Shown: in pieces, positions 1-10,511 of the stretch
How the letters are laid out: each line of letters starts with the position of its first letter
Numbering within the stretch: position 1 is the first letter of the stretch
DNA from: Tubiluchus corallicola
Lineage: Eukaryota > Animalia > Priapulida
Direction: 5' to 3'
NCBI GenBank assembly: GCA_030141605.1
Contig: JAQGDQ010000717.1
Location: forward strand, 1 to 38,824
DNA length: 38,824 nucleotides
Made by a program: the position numbers and the translations under genes
The notes under the pieces: model-generated
Told to the model about the DNA's origin: nothing
Databases searched by the model: none
The model's input: the letters and a program-made list of their open reading frames with translations, nothing else

Positions 1-760
1 ATTAACGATCGGTTGCAGAGTGTTCATGGAAATTTGGGTGGGAAAGTAAACGAGGAAATATTGGGAAGTTAAAATAGTCACCATTCTTTTAGGAAAATGA
101 ATTAAACAAGCAACAGTGAATAGGGGAACTGTAGAGTAGCCAGAGCATGTCTATTCTAACCTGGAACCACTAGAATAAGACAGGTGTTGTGGTTATTCAC
201 TACGAAATTATATCATAAAATGGTAGTGTAAAACTGAGCTCAGTGGAAGAAAAAGAAATTTTGGAGTTTCAATGATACGAATAAAAAGACTCGACCCATA
301 AAATGAATTAAAGGGTGCAATAGATAAAGCTCAGGCACTGATCACAGATTTGTTATAAAGCAAACGTCCTGTGTGATACCGCTTTAGCAATATGTGAAAT
401 GGCAAAAGGATTGAAGAATTTAGCACAATTAAAGGAAAAGTGTAAATTTTCATGAAGTAAGGCTAAATATAATAAGTATATGACATAGTAACTATATGCC
501 ATAGGGGATGTAGGTGAAAGAAGGATGTGAACTAGCCGGTAGCTAGCGAATTATAGTATAGTTTAAAACTCTTGATAGGCTCCGTCTACTACCAGACCTG
601 GAACTAAATTCGCGTAAGTGCAGCGAAATGAATCACTGTTGAAAATTAAGCTCTGAGATGGAGTGAATAATTAGGGTTACTCTAAGGGAGGAAAGTGTTC
701 TAACATAAGGAACTTAGGTAAACAAAGTGAAAGTCCAGATTTCTACAAGGCTGCTGTTAT

Positions 761-780
761 ATTTTGGCCTTGTTTTTCAG
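761..780 (+). promoter_or_regulatory. 3' splice acceptor immediately upstream of env ATG
   Basis: Pyrimidine tract attttggccttgtttttCAG ends at 780, 3 nt before ATG 784. Confidence 0.6.
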
Positions 781-783
781 AAC

Positions 784-3004
784 ATGGAAGCCATTACTGT
801 GCTGTGGATCATAGGAAGTCTCACTTTGGCACCCAGCAGGGCCAATGTAGTGACTAGTCCTGGAGCCTTATTTTTGCGATGAGGTGCAGTCCAAGTGCCA
901 CAGTCTCGATGGGCTCTGCTAATGCAGCTGAACAATAGCCCAGTCGATCTATGTCTAGAGACTCTGAAACTGGAAATGATTAACTTAAGGCAACACACCT
1001 AGGACCCTGCTACCAGTGTGGATAAGCCACACACTGCCATGTACCAAGAAATCCGATTCTTAGAAGCTATTATGGTGTTAGTAAACACCAACTACTTCCA
1101 CTTATATTGCCCAAATACAGGAAATGGGGCAGAAGACAGGGGATACAGCACACCTTCTGGCCTCTAGAGGAACAGGAGTTCGTTAGTCGTTTCCAGGCCA
1201 AGGTGAGCCAGTACCACAGCCGCCACCCAGCTTGTACCTGGATGGTAGACATTCCGAAGACAAGGCACGAAGGGTAGCTCGTAGGCACCAAATAGCCTTG
1301 GTAAACATTAGGAATGCAGACGGAGAAAAGGCAAGATCGAGGCGAAGCTTGCTCCCATTTTTAGGGAAAATCTCAGCGGCCTTAACCGGCACTGCCACCG
1401 AAAAAGATGTTGAAGCATTGGCAGGAAAACTTAACCTGATACAGGCCTCCCTGGAATCAATGCATCACATCCTTGAGAAATCTGTGACGTTCATTAATCA
1501 CACTCATTTAAAGAGTCAGGAGAACGCTAGGCATATTTCGTTACTGCAGAACCACACAGCAAAATTAAAATACAATTTAACTGACTTAAAAGTAGAATTC
1601 GCTTACCATGCGTGGATAAATGACACATGAAATGGATTTGCTAATGGAAATAATGGCGCTAATGCAGCGAATATCTAATATCATGAGGAGGTTGACTGAA
1701 ACTGTACACAATACTACGGATATGCTGTCCACATTGTTATCTGGTACCATGTCACCTCTACTTTTAGGACCTGCACAACTGTGTGATACGCTATATGAAA
1801 TTCGGAAGGCACTGCCGAGTACTTGTCCTTACCGGAAAGACCGGAAGCAGATATTTTGTATTACTATGAAACAATGGAAGTTACGTTGTTAGCTACAGCA
1901 GAGGCATATGCGGTGCTAGCTCTCATATCCCTACAGCCTGTTCAAGATAGGTATGACTTATTTCAGATCATACCTATACCTATGATAAAGCCAAATTCCT
2001 CAGGGTATGTGTACATAGATCCAGGACGGAAATATTATGGCATAAATACAGAACGAACGAAGTGATTCTTGCCAGAGGACCAAGATACTGAACTGTGCTT
2101 AGACAAAAACAGCGAACATGTCAAATTAAGGTCATGTCCACTGCCTACGCTACTGCATGCCCAGTCGTACTGTTTAGTAACAGGCCAGAGGAGACACCTA
2201 GAGGCAGTTGTGACCTATGTTACGGGGTGTACGTGGTACGTATCTCCCTTTGAAGAGACTTTGCTTACCCATACCTGTCTGAACCCCAGTATCGATCGAT
2301 TAACACCAACGGAAGAAAAGATTACCCGTCCTAAATTGATTAAAATTTCAAATGGTTGCAAGGTACAGTCTCGATCATTCGAGTTACCGACATACTACTA
2401 TCCTAACTCTCAAATTAGAATAGAGGCCGAGAAAATAGAGTTACCAATGCCGAAGATGATTGAACGGTTCTGTAAAGAATTAAGGGACATGCAAAATGTA
2501 ACCCGGGGAAGGTTGATTTGATTCCCGAATATTTGAAGTCACCAGCCCAGAAAACATTGGACCAATTTGACATATCTCTAGAAGATCTGAAATGTTCCAT
2601 ACAAGAGAATGGGGAGAGATTAAAACGCCAGAGAATTAAGCTGGCAGAGTCAGTAACAACAGATTTACTACAGGGGTATAAAAAGTGGGTCTTAATAGAG
2701 GCAGTAATTGTTGCCCTACTGATAGTTGGAATCATTTGTTATTTAAAATGTCAAGGCGGTCTGTTTGTACTGACATCCATGTTACATCGATGGAGAACTA
2801 GGTACTCTGCACCCATGACCGAAAGGGGATCCAGCAGGGGGCGGAAACGCTGACCAGAAATATCCTTTGACATAACAAGTTAAGAAGGCCAAGGCTAAAA
2901 GAGCCAAGCAGGCAGAGGAAGACCCACTAGAAATAGAGTTCACAGAAAGAACTCAACCACGCGCACGAGTTGGAGTCCAGGAGAGAAGGGACCATGAAGT
3001 ATAA
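784..3004 (+). pseudogene. env: Degraded envelope glycoprotein of baculovirus F / errantivirus env type (class I fusion protein); several stops and frameshifts
   Basis: ATG 784 gives signal-peptide-like MEAITVLWIIGSLTLAPSRA then PGALFLR*GAVQVPQSRWALL; furin site RSRR (1334-1345) followed by fusion-peptide-like SLLPFLGKISAALTGTATEKD; heptad region with N-glycosylation sequons (NHT, NLT, NDT, NTT); motifs GTMSPLLLGPAQL..L..I...LP and YDLFQIIPIP; Cys-rich segment; TM WVLIEAVIVALLIVGIICYL (~2686-2745). Fragments 1232-1630, 1620-1892, 1823-2065, 2069-2521, 2518-2853 are collinear; probable frameshifted tail ends at TAA ~3002-3004. Confidence 0.8.
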
Positions 3005-3118
3005 TAAAATTCTTTGCCTTAGTGAGAGAAATTAAAAAGAATATATATATATATATAATACGTCGGCTGGCATAGGCACACGGGAACATTACACTTACAT
3101 ATTTTAGAGGAAGTGTTA

Positions 3119-4231
3119 TTCTCCCTAACACAGTCGCCACATGCTCTCTAAAGGCATCTGTTTTCTCCCTCTCAAATTGAGCAGATATTCTCCTTAACAC
3201 AGTCGCCACATGCTCTTTAAATGCATCTGTTTTCTCCCTCTCAAATTGAGCAGATATTCTCCCTAACACAGTTGCCACATGCTCTCTTAATGCATCTGTT
3301 TACTCCCTTTCAAATTGAGCAGATATTCTCCATGACACAGTCGCCAGATGCTCTCTAAATGCATCTGTTTACTCCCTCTCAAATTGAGCAGATATTATCC
3401 CTAACACAGTCGCCACATGCTCTCTAAAGGCATCTGTTTTCTCTCTCTCAAATTGAGCAGATATTCTCCCTAACACAGTCGCCACATGCTCTCTAAAGGC
3501 ATCTGTTTTCTCTCTCTCAAATTGAGCAGATATTCTCCCTAACACAGTCACCACATGCTCTCTAAAGGCATCTGTTTTCTCCCTCTCAAATTGAGCAGAT
3601 ATTCTCCCTAACACAGTCGCCACATGCTCTTTAAATGCATCTGTTTTCTCCCTCTCAAATTGGGCAGATATTCTCCCTAACACAGTCGCCACATGCTCTC
3701 TACATGCATCTGTTTTCTCCCTTTCAAATTGAGCAGATATCCTCCCTAACACAGTCGCCAAATGCTCTTTAAATGCATCTGTTTTCTCCCTCTCAAATTG
3801 AGCAGATATTCTCCCTAACACAGTTGCCACATGCTCTCTTAATGCATCTGTTTACTCCCTTTCAAATTGAGCAGATATTCTCCATGACACAGTCGCCAGA
3901 TGCTCTCTAAATGCATCTGTTTACTCCCTCTCAAATTGAGCAGATATTATCCCTAACACAGTCGCCACATGCTCTCTAAAGGCATCTGTTTTGTCTCTCT
4001 CAAATTGAGCAGATATTCTCCCTAACACAGTCGCCACATGCTCTCTAAAGGCATCTGTTTTCTCCCTCTCAAATTGAGCAGATATTCTCCCTAACACAGT
4101 CACCACATGCTCTTTAAATGCATCTGTTTTCTCCCTCTCAAATTGAGCAGATATTCTCCCTAACACAGTTGCCACATGCTCTCTAGATGCATCTGCTTAC
4201 TCCCTCTCAAATTGAGCAGATATTCTCCATG
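3119..4231. repeat. 69-bp minisatellite, ~16 copies, with an 8-unit (552-bp) higher-order duplication
   Basis: Unit ctccctaacacagtcgccacatgctctctaaaggcatctgttttctccctctcaaattgagcagatatt; starts at 3121, 3190, 3259 etc.; diagnostic variants at units 3-5 recur at units 11-13. Confidence 0.97.
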
Positions 4232-4445
4232 CAATCTAGATGCTTCTGCCCGCTTTCCAAAAAAGCAGTTTGTTGATTTATGACAACATAGTCGGGATCA
4301 TCACATCCTGGAAAACTGGCATACCACACTTTAAATTCAAACCAAGAAGGAGAGCATGTGTTAATGCAAATCCAGCATCAAAATCTTCACATATATAATA
4401 GGTCTTGAATTCAACAAGGCCTCAAACTCAAGTTACCAAGTTCTA
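4225..4445 (-). mobile_element. BEL/Pao integrase C-terminal fragment (frameshifted)
   Basis: Minus strand reads LVT/EFEALLNSRPIIYV/EDFDAGFALTHALLLGLNLKCGMP/DDPDY...GQKHLDCM/GEYLLNLR, matching the BEL integrase 'E.EA.LNSRPL...LTP' region and the following 'W..EYL..LRER' (DUF5641-type) region. Confidence 0.75.
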
Positions 4446-5030
4446 TAGCCAATAGTCATCATAACTACATAATGCGTTAACTGAAATAGCTTGTATAATT
4501 GTCCTGACTCACACATAAGCCATTCGGAGATCAAATAATCTGTGATATATGTATGTTAGAATTATTGTTAAAAAATAAAGTTTACTTTACAAATTTAACG
4601 AAAAGTGCCTGTCAGGAACAGCTAACGTGTGGATATTCTGTAAGTTGAACAAGAGAAAATCCAAAACTTGTTGTTTAAACTTACTGTAGGGACCAAAATG
4701 GCTTATGCATGTAGTAAACTGCTAAGAATTTAAAAGATTGAAATAAAAAAGTGAATTTAATAGCACTAGCTGTGGGATCTCGATGAAAATATAGGAAAAA
4801 CAAATTAGTGGTTAATGTTTTCTAACCAATATGGGTAGGTCTATGATTCAGTAAACTTTGTTTAATAAAATAAGCAAATAAACCGAAAAATAGTAATAAG
4901 CAGCTAACAAAAAATGGACATTAAATACTCAACAATAAGGGACTTTTGCTTGTTATACGATTCGGAACCCTGCAAGCCGGAATACAGTATTAGATGCTGG
5001 TATCGTATAGTTGGGCAAGACCATGACGTG

Positions 5031-5343
5031 TGTTGTGAAGCTCACGATTTCTTTATCTTATTTTTTTATTAGTTCTTAATTATGATCATTAGTCATATTA
5101 TTACATTCTCTTGTTAAAACATTAGTTATTCCACACAAGAAATTTCAGCTATAAAATAAGTCTATTTCTTTATATACAGTGTAACTTTCATCCTTGAACT
5201 AGTATAACATTTACCTTCATTGAATTGCTGGCTTCCTTGCTTCATGGAAAAAACTTACCTGTGCAAATAAAGCTCACCTGTATTTTACTTGAATTCTACA
5301 TGTATTCTAGTGTCTTAGCAATTACCTTCAGAACTTCTTCATA
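5031..5343 (+). repeat. 5' LTR of BEL/Pao element
   Basis: Starts TGTTG right after TSD, ends ...CTTCATA next to PBS; clearly homologous to 7105-7495. Confidence 0.88.
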
Positions 5344-5354
5344 TGGTGCCGAAA
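5344..5354 (+). promoter_or_regulatory. Primer-binding site, tRNA-Phe-like
   Basis: TGGTGCCGAAA directly 3' of the LTR is complementary to the eukaryotic tRNA-Phe 3' end (...UUUCGGCACCA). Confidence 0.75.
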
Positions 5355-5605
5355 TTCTTCATTTTATACAAGTTTATAGAACCAAGGAAATTATGCTAGG
5401 ACTTTATTTGAAAAAAAATCAGTTTGGTATCTACAAATCAGGCGATACAGTTGCTCTGCTTGGACTTTTCCGTTTGCTTAGTACAAGGCTGCAAACCGAG
5501 TGATACAGTTACTCTGTTCCTGTTCACACTGAGTGCTAAATATATGGACAGTATTGGTGCTTCTAATTTGGAGTCCAGACGACTGCAAGTTAACCTTGTT
5601 TGAGC

Positions 5606-7104
5606 ATGGCCGCCACTACAACCACAAGCGACAAGACTAATCTTTACACGCCTCCGTGGGAGGGGGAACCTAAAGGTCATGACATAAGGACTGGACAACT
5701 ACTCCAGCCAATGCAGCCAAGCAAGGACTCATCACAGCCAGGAGTGATCAATATGGACCTTAGTTCTGAGGGCTCAGATGACGGGGAACCAGACTATGAG
5801 CTGCATCTACATATTCCAGCTACCCAAGCCACCCCAACAGCTACAACAGGAGCAATTCCGAAGATAGTTCCAGACAAAGATCCATTGCATGGACACCAGC
5901 TGGAGGTGAAGATACTGATCCAGAACCTGAAAATAGCTATGAACTCACAGCACTATGGTGAGGTGTTTTTCACATGTACTACATTGTTAGACTTAGAATG
6001 GCTAATTATTGCTAATTATCAAAACTTTGTTGACAGATGTAATGCTGCAATTACTGATTTGAGATTTTCAACTGAAATGCTCATAGAGTTGTATGACAAG
6101 CTATCATATATTTATTGTAGTTCAGATGATAGTTCCCATTTAGATGAAGTTAAAGAATCTCTTGCTTCAAAAACTACATTGAAGAGAAATTTGTCTGAAC
6201 TTGGTTCTAAGATTGAAGCCAAAATTAGTTCACTAGAAACCTGTCACTTGAAGGTCAGTGATCCTGTACCTGTAACATCAAGCACACCTGTTTCTGCTGT
6301 GCCAAGGCTACTTGCAATACCTGCTGTAAATGAATTAAGTGCAGTAAATATAGGAGTCCCAGGTTACTCTACAAACCCATTTCATTCCATACCAGTGACA
6401 TCACATGTTACAAATCCCTTTCATTCAACACCTGTTACATGACATTGCGCAAATCATTCTGGTTCAGTACCTGTGATGCCACGATTTTCTAATGCCTCAG
6501 TGGTTCAACCACCTGCTAGTTCAGTAGCATTTGCTAATATGACATCACAGCTAAATGCACAGAGATCAGCTGATCCCTGGAACATTAATCATGCAGGCAC
6601 TGCGTATACTGTACCAGGTAGCAATATTGTTAATAATACTGTACCATCTAGTCATTACCAATATGTGCCTGCACACTCAGTATTTAATACAGTTGTACCC
6701 CCTTGTCTACCAAGTACCTCACATGCATATGAAGGCATGAATCCCTTCTCTGCTCAAACACCATTTGTAGCAGCTCAAACTCACAGTGGTCAGCACAAAG
6801 ACACCAGATTACCAAAATTTAAATTACCAACCTTTTCGGGGGAGGGTAATTATGATTTTGAGGAATTTTGGAGTGTTTTTAATGATGAAATACACTCAAG
6901 GCCCGATTTAACTGACAGTAAAAAGTTCAATTACTTGTTGGGTTGCTTGAAAGGGAATGCATATAGAATAATCAAGATGTACCATAGAACTGCCAATAAC
7001 TATCCTGCTGCTGCTGGTCACTTGATGAAACGCTTTGGCAGAACTGATCACATGGTGACAAATTACCTGAAACCATTTGACGACATAAAACCTACCATAG
7101 AACC
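5606..7104 (+). pseudogene. gag: BEL/Pao gag, one premature stop (6440-6442) and 3' truncation
   Basis: ORFs 5600-6442 and 6473-7147 share a frame; RLPKFKLPTFSG..YDFEEFWSVF..EIHSRPDLTDSKKFNYLLGCLKGNA...NNY..A...L.KRFG is the typical BEL gag DUF1759 signature; the frame runs into the 3' LTR at 7105. Confidence 0.88.
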
Positions 7105-7495
7105 TGAAGCTCACGATTTCTTTATCTTATTTTTTATTAGTTCTTAATTATGATCATTTGTCATATTATTACATTCTCTTGTTAAAACATTAAAAATTCC
7201 ACGCAAGAAGTTTCAGCCATAAATTAAGTCTATTTCTTTATATACAGTCTAAACTTTCATCCTTGAACCAGTATGCATAACATTTACCTTCATTGAATTG
7301 CTGGCTTCCTTGCTTCATGGAAAAAACTTACCTGGTCAGTCTGCTTTCAGAGATCACTGTGTAAGCATGTAACTTAAATTGAGAGAGCAATGTATAGTGT
7401 TATTAATGATTTATTTAAATAAAGCTCACCTGTATTTTACTTGAATTCTACCTGTATTCTAGTGTCTTAGCAATTACCTTCAGAACTTCTTCGTA
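7105..7495 (+). repeat. 3' LTR of BEL/Pao element (lacks first 5 nt; extra ~80 nt at 7335-7416)
   Basis: Homology with 5036-5343; followed by TSD ACGTG. Confidence 0.88.
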
Positions 7496-8639
7496 ACGTG
7501 CGTCGTTATCAAGGTTATGGCCTACGTTAGAAGCCACTGAACTAACAAAAACTTGTCAGCCGTGTTTAGGTGTGTGTACGCTTGACTTCTACTAAACAAA
7601 CAGTCCAAATTAGTCCAAATGAATGCATGTAAATGTACTGTAACATAACGTGTTGGTAAAACAAACAAGGCCTCGCAGACAAGGTTGCAACACACATACC
7701 CATAGTAGGGTCAATTTGCTGACTCATCCCAAAAAATTGCAAGAAACGTTTTTAGTACTTTCTTGTATTACTTGGTCCAGAGAATATCATTTCCAAACAG
7801 GACTGAAATTTGATCTCTGCAATCTAATTATGACGCCAAAAAGATGGCCGCCATTTGACCAAAATAAATGCGTATTTAGCGTACAAGAATGGTGGAAAAT
7901 TGTTCATTTATATTCAAAAACACGAAGCTTTGCACAGTGTTAGAGTTCATTAAAGTAATTAATTTTAATTTTGGACTCAATCGAAGTTCGTCCAATATGA
8001 CCGCAAACTTCAATATGGCTGATTATATGGCTGTTGCTGGCTAATAAAGCCGATATCTTAGCTATCAGAGCAGACAGTATAATGATCTTGGTGTCCAAAT
8101 ATGGGCTTTTTATCACCGTTTAAGTGCCCCGTTTCATCCCCTTTACATCACCCTGTTTCAAGGTGAGATGACCTCAGATGATGCACAAATTGATGAATTG
8201 CGCAAATCTAGTTGATTTTTGACCGTGCAAAGCCAGTCGAAATTTGTACAATATTTCAACAGCATTTAATGTGTCCGACAAGATAGCTGTTCCTAATTTT
8301 TTTGCAAAGTCGACTACCTGTTTCGTCAACTAACATGCACGTACTGTCACAGTGCAGCAGGGTTATGTTTGAGTGCTGGTATGGCATTCCGTATGAATAC
8401 TGCACATACAGTATTGTATAATGCGTTAGGTACATTGCGATACTCTGCCTAAAGTCTGGAACAGGAAAAGGTTTCAGGTTTATAGCTTTTCATGAAATTG
8501 GGAAGTCCCTGAAAAGAATCACAACGATCATAGACCTAGAAGGAGAACAATTGCCAATAATTATAACACAGAGAGAATGTTTACCTTGGGATCTTGCAAT
8601 AAGATGGCCAATTCAAGTGGTAAGTGGAATTCACCAAAA

Positions 8640-9287
8640 AACACCTTGAATTTTGTTCACAATACATTTATCTTAGATCACATCTGCTCATTAATTTCGC
8701 TCCGCTGCATTAAATTAGTAAGAGACAGAGTGAATTTCATTTCCTGTTGAAACAGAAAACGGAAGATTGTATGTTATAAACTTTCCTCAACATTCACCTT
8801 TGCTTTTGTTCATGCTGTAAATCTATGGTACAGGTCCCAGGCTTTCCCCTTGCTGAATTACATATTATGTTTAAACTTTCGTTTCTTGTAAACTGGTTTA
8901 CAATACTTAGCGTAAATGGCTTCGTTTCCTAAAGCAGAAATTGCAAAAAAGGTGTCCATGTCTTTCACTGGCTATATGGCTATTGATAGATTGTAAGTGC
9001 TATATCTTAGCTATCAGAGCAGACAGGATAATGATTTCAGTAGGTTTTCTAAACCAGTAAACCAGTTAATGAACATGAAGCAAAAGTTTAAACATAATAT
9101 GTAATTGAGAAATGGGAAAACCTGGGACCTGTACCATAGATTTAGAGCAAGAACAAAAGCAAGACGAACGTTGAGGAAAATTTACAACATACAATTCAGA
9201 ATTTTCTGTTTTCTGTATCAACAAGATGATCATTAATGACCACACGAGATCTGAGATATATATGTTCAGAGCAAAATTTAAGGTGTC
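8640..9287. repeat. Long imperfect inverted repeat (arms ~8640-8900 and ~9055-9287)
   Basis: atctatggtacaggtcccagg (8821) vs cctgggacctgtaccatagat (9121); acaccttgaattttg (8641) vs caaaatttaaggtgt (~9272). Confidence 0.85.
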
Positions 9288-10354
9288 TTTGTTCGTTAAC
9301 ACATGCTATTGCAGCGACCGTGTAAAAGTGCAACAAAAAAGTAAATGAGAGTAAATATTGTGATCCAAAATTGTTTGCACAGTGCTAGAGTAGGTAATTA
9401 ATTTTGATTTTGGAATCAAAGTAAATAATAGATAGGTTGTAACGATAGTATTCCTTTAGACTCACATTTTAAGACCACTACTTTTAAAATCACCGTCATA
9501 TTAACAGGGCCAAGCAATACTTGCTTGGACATATTTACATCTGCCATAGCGCCATCTATTAGCACCAGCTGGCAACACATTTACTAAGTTGTTGATAGTG
9601 TTTTGATGCTTTAAGATACAAAATCCAGTGTGTTTTCTTTGTTAGTAAAACTGTTCCAGCCTGAGAAAAACTGCGACAGTAAAATAAAAAATAGGGAAGG
9701 AATCAGCGCCGGATTCCAACAGTGCTGCTTGATGCACAACCTGTTCGGTATGCGCCACATTGCATTCATTGACACTTGTGGGTGAGTCTTTAAGTTCTTT
9801 GTCAACTGTCACATCGCACATGTCTTGGCTTTGTCATACATTCAAAGCAAAGCAATCAAGCGCAAACATGAGGTAAGTCAGCTGCTTAGACCTAAATATA
9901 ATGCTTAGAGACACTAAATTATTCTGCTACATCTTTAGTACTTACCATGCAAATCGCGCTATCTTTTACCTCTTCTATCAAAATCTAACTCCGGTCGCAA
10001 CCAGCAACAGCTAACTGAACTGATTCTTTTCAGAGCCTTCGCGATTTTGTGAGAGGTTATATTACTTGTTCCAGACATTACACCGAGAGTAGCAATGTAC
10101 CTTCGCAATTTATAACACTGCACATGTATTACTCGATCGAGAAGCCACACCTACCTGCATTCAAACATAATTTGCTACACTGTGACAGTAGTGCATGTTA
10201 GCTGACAAAACAGGTAGTCGACTTTGTTTACAATATCTAAAAGATTTGGCCCTTATGAGCTGGCAACACCCACCTTGTCGGTCATATAATAAAGAATAAA
10301 ATATATAATATATAAAAAGAAAAATCTGATATATTTTTCTGTTCCCATTTTTAG

Positions 10355-10511
10355 GATGTCAAGTGGCAATGCCATTAAACCAGCTTATGTGAACGGCAAA
10401 TCTCACTTGACAAAAGATTTTGCTAAAGAGAATAGTGAACTAGATGCTCAAAGATAACAATGTCGTGTTTAATGTCGTATTATTTATAATATCAAAAAGT
10501 ACAAAAATAAA
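10355..10511 (+). other. Candidate terminal exon (33-codon open frame plus polyA signal)
   Basis: Acceptor tttttctgttcccattttTAG at 10354; frame MSSGNAIKPAYVNGKSHLTKDFAKENSELDAQR* to 10457; AATAAA 10506-10511. No homology recognised. Confidence 0.3.

Larger units (their letters stand above)
5031..7495 (+). mobile_element. Internally deleted BEL/Pao LTR retrotransposon (5'LTR-PBS-gag-3'LTR; pol absent)
   Basis: Direct repeats 5031-5343 and 7105-7495; 5-bp TSD ACGTG at 5026-5030 and 7496-7500; PBS; gag with DUF1759-like motif. Confidence 0.9.

Noticed and set aside
1-760. Possible pol/integrase remnant upstream of env
   Set aside because: No recognisable motif or ORF; left unassigned.
2940-4175. 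Repeat-protein ORFs MATVLGRISAQFEREKTDAF...
   Set aside because: Open only because of the 69-bp period; broken by stops; another frame carries the integrase motif.
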